DNA of 64,000 nucleotides from Octopus sinensis (Eukaryota): NCBI RefSeq assembly GCF_006345805.1, contig NC_043005.1, positions 80,476,001 to 80,540,000 of the forward strand, read 5' to 3'. Shown piece by piece: positions 51,706 to 64,000 of this stretch (position 1 is its first letter; each line of letters starts with the position of its first letter). The notes under the pieces were generated by a model. It saw only the letters and a program-made list of their open reading frames with translations, ran no database searches and was not told where the DNA came from. The position numbers and the translations under genes were made by a program.

Positions 51706-53878
51706 AAAATTTCTCGTTATTCAGGTGTAGGGGGAGGTCCAGTTCCCACCCCTTTTACCGAACAAAAATGAGGGTTTGCGGTATATTAGGAGGTCAGAGT
51801 ACTTGAGTCCATGCAAAACATCCAAATTTTATTTTTCTTAGTGAGAATCGTGCAGGTGTACATACCAATAAAGGTGGGGCGTAATTTTCTAGGGTTACCC
51901 CTCACCCCATTTTCTGGACCAAAAAAGGTTGTGTGACATATTAGGAGGTCAACGTAATTCATTTAACGAAAAAGAAAAACGTTCCAATGATTCTGGTACG
52001 GAGGGGGGATTCGGCGTCAACCCAATCCTTCTTTCAGAACAGAAACAAGGCGTTTGTGGCACATGAAGAGGTCAGACTACTTGATACCACGCAAAATATC
52101 CGAGTTGTTTCTTTTTTCTTACTGAAAATCGTGCGGGTGTAATTACCTAAATTTACTAAATATCCACCGTAACTCTATAAATTGTATTTTATGACAATCG
52201 TATGCCAGTTGATGTATATTTTCCTGTTACTATCTGTGCACTCTAGCAAAACCTTAGAGATTATTTTTTCTGTATAAAGACCTTAACGAATGTACAGTTA
52301 TTTAGATAATCTCGCTATATTACAGTAAAACAGTTGGTAATGGTTCTTAACTAGTGTTGGAGTTTCTGTCACGAAAATAACCAGAAAACAAAAAGGAATC
52401 CATATTATCTTCACAAAATTTATTCATCAACGAGGTGTCAGGGTCCTATTAATGGATGGAATTCTCGTTTACCTTATTCTAAGCCAAACCTGACTCTGTT
52501 TCTCTCCTTTAGCTTGCGATTTCATCCATAACACTTTTACTCCATGTAATCCATTTTTACGTATACGCTCTCCAAATAGATAAAAATAAACCACTCTGAA
52601 AATGGGATACCTAAAAAGTATTACTTCAATACATGTTAGTGATTTTAGCACTAAAAGAAAAACTACGAAGTGATTGAAATCAAAAACAAAATTATATAAA
52701 GACAACACGGCTGTCATTCAAGTTATGTGTAACCTCAACACTCACACACTCACACACACACGTTCATTTACGAATGTGTTTAGAGACAAATAACCGAGAC
52801 AAAGCATTTATATTTCAGTTCATGTATAATATTGTTTTCAAATTCCGACATTTTAGCCAGCAATTTATTGGAAGGTGTTTTGTTGGTTATATCGACTCCA
52901 CTGTTGAAATGCTACTTATTTTATCGACTCCGAAAGGATGAAAAGCAAAGCGTACATCGGCGGAGTTTGAACTCAGAAAGCAATGACAGACGGAATGCTG
53001 CTAAGCTTTTTCCACGGCGTACAACAGATTCTACTGGCCAGATGGAAACTTGGTTCAAAATTCTTCTTTTCCTGACCGCATCTGTCATTTGACGGAAAAG
53101 AAAATTCACGACCATTCCTGGTCGGTGGTAAGAAGTACATAGCTGTATGATAAGAATTATTTTAGTTATAGAAATTTTGTGTAAGAAAGATGTTCCGTAT
53201 TTTACTTACTAAAGGAAAAAAGATTATTAAATACTCTCAAATTACTATGAGGTACAGCCATAATTTAAAAAAAAAATTTCAAGAAATACAAAACAGAAAA
53301 TTTATTAAAGAATTACTGATTATTCCAGTTACCATCTTTTGAAGAATTTACGTAGCATTTTGTCCGGTGTGTTAACGAATCTGACAGCTGAGGGCGTTCG
53401 GAAATTTCTAGCATCAAAGAGATCCAAAGTGGACATAGTCATATCTTCCATACCCACAAGCACATGCATATATATGTGTTTGTGTGTGTGTGGTGTGTGT
53501 GAGAGAGAGAGAGAGAGAGAGAGTGTGTGTGTGTGTGTGTATAACTCTTGTTCTTAAAGGCAGAGGCCACGCGTTCTCTGCTTCAAGACATACCTGCTAT
53601 ATGCGGGACATTATACAAAAGAAATCGTTTATACCCAGCTCCGTGACCTATTTCACACACAAACGCACACACACACATACACACACACACGCACACACAC
53701 GCACGTACGAACACACACACGTACGAACACACACACACACACGGACGCAAGAATGCACGCACACACACACTCACATTCACACACATGCACACACTTACAC
53801 GCACACAACACACTATACAATCTCGTAATCCCAACATACACTCTTCGTTGCTGCTGTTATTGCTGCTGCTGCTGCTGC

Positions 53879-53924
<46 letters not shown>

Positions 53925-55191
53925 AATCAGGAAGTTGGGTAAGGGTGATTAGGTGATGGTCTAGGGCTTAGGGGCGGGATACCCCAGACCTTGGAAAAAA
54001 AACTTTGGTCATCTTGTTGTAGTCGAGGGCTCTTCATTGACGCCCGAAACCACTGGGAAGTGGCCCTCGAAGTCGCTGGAGATCTCCAGATCCAAATTAT
54101 TGAACGGCTGCTGTTGCTTCTGTGGTTGTTATTGTTATTTTCTAACTTAGATTAATTAAAGGTAACGTTATAAGTATGTCCACACCTTTTACATAGTTAT
54201 TAACAACCCCTCGTAAATGGCATGCGATGAGGTTGCATCCTTTCTTGCGCTTTAGGTTGTGAAGATGACAATAAAGGTAACTAAACGCCTTTGTAAGAAT
54301 ACAAATGAGATCATGGCTTTCTTTTTGCGATTAATTGTTGCTGATTGCTGAAAGACCAGAAGTTAATTATAAACAATGGTCGGAGCCACACTCGCCCCGC
54401 TAAAGTTAATGGCAGGCATGTTAACAATTGATGAATGTAACTGGAACTTCTCCAGATATATCAATTGACAAGGGTTAGAAATATCCTTAGAAACGAGAAG
54501 CAGAGTGAACGAGTGAGTGAGTGAGTGAGTAAATGAGTGAGTGAGTGAGTGAGTGAGTGAGTGAGTGAGTGAGTGAGTGAGCGAGTGAATAAGTGAGTGA
54601 GTGAATGAGTGAGTGAGTAAGTGAGTGAATGAATGAGTGAGTGAGTGAGTGAGTGAGTGAGTGAGTGAGTGAGTGAGTGAGTGAGTGAGTGAGTGAGAGA
54701 GAGAGTGGGTGAATGTGTGAGTGAGTGATTCCACAAAGGCAAGCCTGAGAACTAACTGCTGAAGCAAATTATCACCAAATATATAGTACCCCCGAGGAAT
54801 AAAGTCTGACCGTGTTAACTCAGGTGATCTTGGTGGGCAAATTCCCTTCGAAATAATCCGTCTACCGAAAAACTTTTGAAGTAGAGCCATGGTGATATGC
54901 AGGATGAAAGAATTCACTGAGAGGAGACTTTTTGAACGCCCTCTACATGGACACATAGTAAATATGGTTATACATTCCGATGTTCCAACAATGTGATCAT
55001 TACTGTCTTCTGAAAACCCTGACGATTTTTCCTTACAAGGTATTCAAAATGCGAATATATAATTTTATACATACTTCGTAATTTTAATCTCCAGAAATTA
55101 AACAATTTTTGGTTAATATGTTGATTAATTAATACATGAATTTATTCCATTAGATCTCTCTGTATACTAACGCAAGTAGCATATATACATG

Positions 55192-55270
<79 letters not shown>

Positions 55271-55314
55271 TTATTTATGTATGTATGTGTATGCATGCAC
55301 ATAGATACTTAAAG

Positions 55315-55386
<72 letters not shown>

Positions 55387-56074
55387 ATGCAGGACGAGTT
55401 TGTTTCAGCTTCCAAATTCATATGGCATCGGCCAGCCCCCGGGATATTAGGAGAAGACACTTCTTGAAAGTGCTGCGCAGTTGGTCTGAACCCGGAGCTA
55501 GGTACTTACACATGGAGCTTCTAAACCGCACACCCAAGCTTGAATCTGCACGCCCATGTCCCTTTCTTCACGTGTTCTCTCTCTGCCTCTCTCTCCGCCT
55601 CTCGCTCTCTTATTCTTCTACCTTCTTATCTACTGCTCGCATTTAACCCGTGAGTAATGTTCTCTTCTCTGCCTTTTAACCACGGGACTCCTAGAGGAAC
55701 GGTCAACCTTTTATCCTCTCTTACTAATTCTCATTTCTATTCCCATTTGAGGATTTCTTCTAGACGTTAGTCTTCACTCTCGTGTTTGGCTGTAAGGCTT
55801 TATTTATTCCATTCATCTATCGCTTCAAATTACATTTGTTTAGTTTCTTGCGTCCGGCCTGTATTGTCTTATTTGCATGAGCCCTAATTCTACGCAAATG
55901 TTGCGGGTGGCGACGATATACGAAATTATCGTTAATGGCACGATACTAAGTATTAGTATTTTTCTGTCGAAAACTGATGAAAAATTTCGGACCTTCTGTG
56001 TAAATTTTGTAGTATCTAATCCATTTTTCATTTATTGAGTAACTGAATGCCAAGCATCGCGATATTTGTTAACA

Positions 56075-56345
56075 GAAGACATATATATATATATATATAT
56101 ATATACTTTTTTTTTTTTTTACTCTTTTTACTTGTTTCAGTCATTTGACTGCGGCCATGCTGGAGCACCGCCTTTAGTCGAGGAAATCGACCCCGGGACT
56201 TATTCTTTTTGTAAGCCCAGTACTTATTCTATCGGTCTCTTTTGCCGAACCGCTAAGTGACGGGGACCTAAACACACCAGCATCGGTTGTCAAGCAACGC
56301 TAGGGGGACAAACACAGACACACAAACATATACACACACTTATAT

Positions 56346-56411
<66 letters not shown>

Positions 56412-56850
56412 TCTTTTTTTTTTTACTCTTTTTACTTGTTTCAGTCATTTGACTGCGGCCATGCTGGAGCACCGCCTTTAGTCGAGGAAATCGACCCCGG
56501 GACTTATTCTTTTTGTAAGCCCAGTACTTATTCTATCGGTCTCTTTTGCCGAACCGCTAAGTGACGGGGACCTAAACACACCAGCATCGGTTGTCAAGCA
56601 ACGCTAGGGGGACAAACACAGACACACAAACATATACACACACTTATATATATATATATCTATCTATATATATACATATATACGACGGGCTTCTTTCAGT
56701 TTCCGTCTACCAAATCCACTCACAAGGCATTGGTCGGCCCGGGGCTATAGCAGAAGACACTTGCCCAAGATGCCACGCAGTGGGACTGAACCCGGAACCA
56801 TGTGGTTGGTTAGCAAGCTACTTGCCACACAGCCACTCCTGCGCCTATAT
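56075..56850 (-). repeat. SINE with an essentially identical 314-bp internal tandem duplication
   Basis: 56121 and 56435 start the same sequence. The units are bounded by (TA)n/T-runs. Confidence 0.9.
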
Positions 56851-57047
56851 ATATATATATATATATTCCAACAGTAAGTATATATATATATAAACTTTAG
56901 AACAAGGTTTATTCTTCTAAAACTTCAAAAAATTCTTCAAGACGGTACTGCAGTATGGTCGTATTGTAATGACTGTAGCGAAATAAAAAACTGTAGCGAC
57001 AACAAAAAAAAAAGAAAGAAAAAATTGAGACAAATTTGATTTTAAAA

Positions 57048-57053
57048 TTTATT
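57048..57053 (-). terminator. Polyadenylation signal AATAAA of paralog C
   Basis: Position is conserved in all three paralogs. Confidence 0.7.
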
Positions 57054-57089
57054 CATTTAAGAAAACGGTTCATTGTTTAGAACCAGTTA

Positions 57090-60000
57090 CTATGTAGTAT
57101 AGTCATCAATGAACTGTCTATAATTGCCGGTGTTTGTGAAGACACCGAATCCTTCATCACAGTCAAAACCATAGGAAGAAATGCCAGCAACGACGTATCT
57201 GTTATCCGAGGTCCTCCTGCAGATAAGACCACCGCCAGAATCTCCCTGCGTAATAATAATAATAAAATTATGACATAAACATTGAGAAACTTTGATAGAA
57301 CGTGAAAGAATTAAAGTTTAAGCACTTGATTTCGAAGTAGATAAGGTTATTTAAAATAACATGTAAATATTGTGTTAAACAAAACTTGTGGAGCAGCCAT
57401 TTTTTCCACCAGAGGTGGGGTTATTTTTATTAAAAAATATATATTTGCAGGCTTTTTACGTACAACTTTATCTACTAAGGATTCAAGCATTAAAAATTAA
57501 TTGTTAAAATAATTTATCATTCAAATACATATTTGTACAGAGACAGATTAATTCATACAAAATGATTAATAATATATTTAGAAAGAGCGAAAGAGAGAGA
57601 AAGAATCAGACAGACAGACACATATAGACAGAGAGAGAGAGAGAGAGAGACACACACAAACGATTAAAATAGCGCATTATCAAAATAAAATAAAATCCTT
57701 CTCAAATATTCATTTTGATTTTCTTATAAGTTAGAAATGTACCTTCACTTTTACCTGTTTTTTTTCCCATCAGGTTGCATTAGGATTTAGAAAGAAAAAG
57801 TATTTCTGTAGGGCAAAGATGAGTGACCTAATGCTTAGAGTGCGGAAGTGTTGATCAGAAAACCGGGTTACGTTGTACGGTTGAGGAAATCATTTCATTT
57901 TAAGTTACTTTACATTTACTTAGACATCTGACGTGTAGCAGACCGTGTGCCTGTATAGGCGATGTCGATTTAATGGAAAGAGTTTCTTCCTCATAGACAG
58001 ATCCGCGGTGCAGGTTGCAGCGCAATAAATTGCAGAATCCTCACATTTCGTTTACAATAAGAGAGTCCACTTATATAGCAGAGAACAATCAGAGAGCTAA
58101 CATTCAACAGTTGTCGCCCTTGGTTCCTTTAGTCAAAACTATAACAGCATATTTTTCTTGATTTTCACTCTGCATATGGAAGAGATGCCTGTGGACTCTG
58201 CACCTACGACCCTTACAGAAATAGATGGACCGATGGATGCATAGATGGTTGCATGGATGGATTGATTGGTGGATGGAATACAAAATGTCAAAATTTTAAA
58301 TGGAACAAATTTGATTATAATCTGAAATCATGAATAAGCGTCGTCTTACGTTGCAAATATTTTTTCCATTTCTTAAGAGGTCGCCAGCACAGATATGCTT
58401 CTCAACTGTGGCGCCAGGAGAATACTGTTGGCATTTGTCATTTGGGATGATATCAATATTAGTGCGTCTCATCTGGTCTGGGTAATATCCATTCTCTAGA
58501 TAAATAAAGGCAAACAGCATGAAGTATTTTGTTAATAAGTAAATGTATAAATCATATTTGGAACTAAACTTTCAATTCCAGAGTTAAAATTTTATAAATT
58601 AACATGACATACCTGCGGTGGATCCCCATCCAGCAGTGACACATCTCTTGTTGTATGTATCTCCTTTATTTGGTACATCTATAGGCTGGATACATCGGGT
58701 GGTCGTGACAGGTTTCACCAATTCTAAGACAGCAATGTCATTATCTGAAAAATTACGTGAAGAACAATAAATGTTTTTGAAATATTTTTGTATTTATCAT
58801 CTCATACAATTCTTACTGCCATTGAGTGAGAGAGCAGCGCATATCATCAATGTGATACTGGGGTACAATTATACGAAACCCAATATACCCAAAACGACTA
58901 CCCGCCTGATAAGTGTGCACCAGGCACATACATAAAAACTTTATGTGCGCAACCTGAACTTGCGGATGGGATCCCGTTGAAATTTTCTTTAGATCGAGTA
59001 GCTCATCCCGTTCAAAATTTCCCTAGTATGTGTTACTGATCGATGATGAACAAAACACCCATATTTCCACAGTTGAATTGTTCCCACCCCAAACAATTCC
59101 TCTCAACACATGGATATGATGCTCCCCAACCACTTCAGCTCATGATCAGTGATGCACATATTTTCAGCCACCAATGAAATGCTCAAATGGTTATGGTTAA
59201 ACAACTGAAAAGCCAATGTGTGGCATCAAGCGGAATATTTGTTGTGGCCCACCTTCAATCAATCAAGATCAGAGGCCATCATAGCATCGGCCTGATGTAT
59301 CATCATCATCATTATCATCATCATCATCATCATCATTAGCAGAATCATTAGAATAGAAGGGGCATAACATCTATATGATCACCAATGCCGACGAAAAGAC
59401 TTTTGACAAACCAAGTTATCTGAGTGTTTGATTGATTGATTGATTGATTGATTGACTGAAGAAATAGTCAAACGATCGTTTGGTTAATTGGCTAGTAGTA
59501 AAAGAAGTGAAATTGAACCTGCGCGTGCATCTATTATTGGCATAATGACCCAACCTACATACAACATCTGTTTCAGCATAAAAGTGTACATAAAAAATCG
59601 TAGAAAACAAACCCAAGATCAAAGCATGAGAAAAGTTTTAAGTTTTTAATAATTTTTCCAAACAAAAAATATACCTACCGATAGTATGCTTTTTAACGTA
59701 TTGTCGATGCAACACCCATTGCCTTACGCGTATCTGAACTGTTGCGTTGTTCTTGTTGGTTGATCCGAAGTTAGCAACAATTTTCTTTACGCCTTTCTCA
59801 CTGGAGAAAAAGAAAATTCAACTTATATAAAAATCCATTTTATCTATACCTATTCCTGCTCTTGTTACTAGTATTTGTGGCCCTACTCTTTCTAACCTCC
59901 ATCATCATCATTGCTCAGATGAAACAGAAAATGTACTGGAGCTTTGATAATGTTTTAGGTCGGTGCTTCATATACATTTTAAAACTATCATGCCCTTTCT

Positions 60001-63000
60001 TTTAGCAACTCTCTTTAAACATCCGTCCCAGCACTCAGTCATTCTATGTCAAGATTCAACAAAATCAAACGAGCCACAACAATTTACAGCCAACAGATTG
60101 ATTGCCGTGAAACGAATAAATGCGTCGTTTCATCAAAATAAAATGAGTTCAAATAATTTTCACCTATGAACTTACCAGCTGCTTCACACGCAAGATAATC
60201 AATGAAAATAGCTTTCACAAACATAAGACAATGAAAAATTGCCTCGAATGTTGGATCACATCCATAGTAACAGGTGGTCATGCTGGGAGATCCAGTCGGA
60301 GAGGACCCAATGGAGAAAGCGCCCGAGAATCCTATCCCATAACCCACGAACGAACAGGGAACGAAGAAGGTGAACGGACGCAAGATATGTCACGTCTTTT
60401 TCTTCATACTTTGTCGTCAGTACCAACGTAAAATACCCCACTCACTCGCTTTTTAGGAGTTGGTATCGTCCATTTCGTGAAGTACTGACTTTTGTAGATA
60501 CTGACGTTTAATATTAGGCCAACCCTGAGTGAGCAGTCTTGGGATAAAATGCCTTCCTCATATAACCATCCTTCTTTACTTTCTCTAATACCGAATTATG
60601 CAATGTGTTTTGAGTGAGATTTAGCTATTCTGTCTAGTGAGTGAAATGTCGATGCAGGGAATCTCTAAGTATATCTGTCTCTCACCCAGTGTTAATATTC
60701 TACTATCTATTCACTCATATCAATGAAAACCAGTTGGCGCTTCGTTTTCGTATAGTGATTTAAGGATATTTTATTAAACCTTAAGACAGTGAGCTGACAG
60801 GCGGGTTATCCCACCGGGCAAAATGTTTAACGACATTTCGCTCATTCCTGAAATTGCTGGCCTTGCGCCGAAATTTGAAATCGATATTAGAAATCTGTAT
60901 TTTGAATTTCATTATGTTTGTTTATCACTAAAATTTGAATGTTTGGAAATTAAATGGTACGATGTGATTTGAAAGAGATTTGACTGCCACTTCTAGGAGG
61001 TCAAACAGTGTAGTAGAAGCTTTCGATTTAGTAGTTTGAGCTGCTAGAAGTAACTGTTAAATATCCCTGAAATCTCATTCAATCTTATTTTGAAATATGG
61101 CAATATATATACAGGGGATTATAAATTGTCACATCTCCAACCAGACAGGGTTATCAAGATTACAACACTTCTGATCATAAGTCAAGATGACTTGCGCTGA
61201 TACGAGGCAAAATGCATGAAACTACTGATATCATTACCACCACACACCACAACAACCACCATCACCACCACCACCATCTCCACCACCACCACCACCATCA
61301 CCGCAACAATAGAATTTTGATTTATATCGTTGGAAATAAATCTAAATGGAACAAATTTTCCGTGGGAATATAAACGCAAAACATAGTCGCAGGCATGGCT
61401 GTGTGATTAAGAAGCTGACTTTTGAGTCCCAATACGTGGCACCTCGGGCAATTATTGCTCTGAAGCATCTCCAAGCTGGATAATGCCACACACATGTGTG
61501 TGTTTGTGCCTTGGTGCCTCTGTGTGTCCTACAAAAACCGCCATTCGACAAACGTTTTTGCTTTGTTTGTCTCCACAACAGCGTGTTCGGCAAAAATTTT
61601 TTATAAATAAGAGACTTAAAGAAAATGATTACTGGGGAAACTTTTCTTCTTCAGAGGTGGAGATGGGTGCGTTATTATATCCTTCAAAGCGGAGCCCCAG
61701 AATGTCTGGAACCCAACGACCAAAACAATCAAACATACTTACATACAATGGGCTGCTGTCAAGATATGTTTGTTGCTAATCAAAGTTGCGCCACAAAATG
61801 ATTCTCCAGTAGTGAGGTAAATTTTGAGGAATACCATATGAGGAAACTCACAATGTCGACTTTCAGTTCCACCCACAATATGTTCGTTTACTTCCTTCAC
61901 TGAAAACAAGAAAATATCTCATTTCTCTCACTGCACAAACGTTTATCGGATCGTATTAGCATTGTGGTAATCAAGCCTGAGTAAATCACTCATTCATATG
62001 TGATTGAGAAATTTTGAAAAGAAATATGTCTATGAAGTGCCAATGATGGAATATTTTTCACATCCTCCTCGATGCTTAAGTGTTAAACTTTTATAATACT
62101 TTGATAAGACATGTCAGATAATTTCCAGAAGTATTTAATTAACTCCGATATTTTGTTTTAGATTCAACGTGACAGTTGATCTTGTGTCATGAAAATAAAT
62201 AGCAGTCAGATATTTGAGGTTCATATTAGGGGAAGCACTCCGTCGGTTACGACGACGAGGGTTCCGGTTGATCCGAATCAACGGAACAGCCAGCTCGTGA
62301 AATTAACGTGTAAGTGGCTGAGCACTCCATAGACACGTGTATCCTTAACGTAGTTCTCGGGGATATTCAGCGTGACACAGGGAGTGACAAGGCCGGCCCT
62401 TTGAAATACAGGTACAACAGAAACAGGAAGTAAGAGTGAGAGAAAGTTGTGGTGAAAGAGTACAGCAGGGATCACCACCATCCCTGCCGGAGCCTCGTGG
62501 AGCTTTAGGTGTTTTCGCTCAATAAACACTCACAACGCCCGGTATGGGAATCGAAACCGCGATCCTATGACCGCGAGTCCACTGCCCTAACCACTGGGCC
62601 ATTGCGCCTCCACTGAGGTTCATATACACCATTTTGATTATGATAAATAGGCAACGTAAATGTAAATTGTTGCCGTATTTCCACCTAATATTATTTTCAA
62701 AATGGAAAAAGCTACAGAAGTACTTAACCAAAATTGGAAGTACGTTTTCTCTGTGTGCGAGGAAACAAGAATCCTCTCATACTTTTGTTACCTATCACAC
62801 CATTTTCTCCTTTGGCTTCAAATGATATACTCGCGAAAGCAATGCTAATCTCAATGTAGGTAATAAAACATTGAAAATGGTACTGAATTTAATGCTATGC
62901 AACCTCGATTTATGAATATAATTCGTTCGTGAAGGCCGTTTATCGCTCGAAATATTAAAAGCGAAATTATTTTTCCATAGCAATCTAAAGAGAAAGCAGA

Positions 63001-63419
63001 GTAAATTCGTTCGTAAAGGATGTCTACAGAGCGAAAGCTAGAATTCAACGAACGTTCTCCGGTTAATACTCCCTATTTGCCAACTGTCGTTGGCGTTTTG
63101 CGGCTTCGTTATTCAAGACAACATTTGTCACCGAGGCGCTTCATATCCGCAAAGTCATTCGTTATCAATTCTTTCGTGATGAGAGGCATTCGTAAACTGA
63201 ATTTCAACTGTGTATGAACAGAAAATTAAGCATTTACATTTGAAATCATTGAATTACACATGAATATTCTACGCTAAAAGCATTAATACTATAAGATGCC
63301 TATAAATCAATTAATGAAATCGAAAAGATGTCAAAACAAGCTTTTTTCTCCAACTTACTGGGTACTGCATAGCAGCAGGCTACCACTGCAAGGATAATCA
63401 AACCAAGAGATTTACACAT
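57090..63419 (-). CDS. Secreted S1 serine protease, paralog C, 6 coding exons, 257 aa
   Basis: Exons (minus): 63419-63359, 61899-61743, 59800-59679, 58744-58613, 58495-58350, 57245-57090. GT..AG introns with the same phases as B; 774 nt open. Protein: [257 protein letters not shown]. Confidence 0.93.
62227..62613 (-). mobile_element. Full-length tRNA-derived SINE with 12-bp TSD in intron 1 of paralog C
   Basis: TSD TGAGGTTCATAT at 62215-62226 and 62614-62625. A-box TGGCCCAGTGG and B-box-like GGTTTCGATTCC. The empty site is present in paralog B (~43948). Confidence 0.9.
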
Positions 63420-63465
63420 GGTGATCAAAAAACCTGAGATATGCATGCAGACAGTTTGCTAGGCA

Positions 63466-63485
63466 TATTTATAGAAATTCAGTTG
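63466..63485 (-). promoter_or_regulatory. TATA box and E-box of paralog C
   Basis: TATAAATA at 63473-63466 and CAACTG at 63485-63480, in the same arrangement as paralog B. Confidence 0.7.
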
Positions 63486-63549
63486 CCCCCCGCCTCATTC
63501 TATGTCTTTCTTTGTACATACATACATAAATCCGCAGACGCAAACATAT

Positions 63550-63580
<31 letters not shown>

Positions 63581-63593
63581 CATATACATATAC

Positions 63594-63635
<42 letters not shown>

Positions 63636-63666
63636 TATTATATATATATATAACATATACATATAC

Positions 63667-63725
<59 letters not shown>

Positions 63726-64000
63726 ATGAGTGTATTTTTCCTTGTATATTTATTTAGATATGTATATGTTTGTACATATGTGTATATTTATCTATACATA
63801 TATATACACATACATAATTACATACACACATATAACCATGGCTTTCAAATCATATTTTTCATATGTTAAATGTAAAGAAGGAAACGTTCATTTAAATAAA
63901 ATAGAGATTACTGCCTGTTGCTTGGAGGTCAATATTTCCTATTATTTCCATTGAAACAATCAATAGAGCCATTATTTTCATACGCTTCAATGTAAAAGAA

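Noticed and set aside
60084-60441. Open frame ending at a GT donor (FVKAIFIDYLACEAA), with a paralog at 41293-41565, considered as protease exon 3
   Set aside because: The true exon 3 (59800-59679; 40677-40553) fits the phases and the fold; this segment has indels between paralogs and no recognisable motif.
62530-62613. tRNA-like sequences (also 51461-51530)
   Set aside because: These are SINE heads without a complete cloverleaf, not tRNA genes.

Overview
AT-rich, microsatellite-dense animal genomic DNA. The repeat families look like an octopod cephalopod; this is inferred from recognising the repeats, not from a database search. The window contains a tandem array of three minus-strand S1 (chymotrypsin-fold) serine protease loci inside ~15-25 kb segmental duplications. 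Genes B (33683-44724) and C (57090-63419) are complete six-exon genes that I assembled by hand: signal peptide, short propeptide, IVGG N-terminus, intact His/Asp/Ser triad, TATA box and AATAAA. They encode 258 and 257 aa. Locus A (14917-22921) keeps only exons 2 and 6 and is a pseudogene. The remainder is transposon-derived: a near-complete Penelope-like element, an R4/Dong LINE inserted in an (AAT)n tract, a CR1/Jockey-type LINE, Helitron and mariner/Tc1 relics, and many tRNA-derived SINEs. The most unusual signals are (i) minimal hammerhead ribozyme motifs, the best being a U3-A8 covariant present in both orientations inside a nested inverted-repeat cassette, (ii) a short element joining a tRNA-like Pol III head to a hammerhead-like tail, and (iii) proteases with non-canonical activation site, S1 pocket and cysteines plus hypervariable surface loops. 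Almost all entries in the supplied ORF track are microsatellite artefacts.
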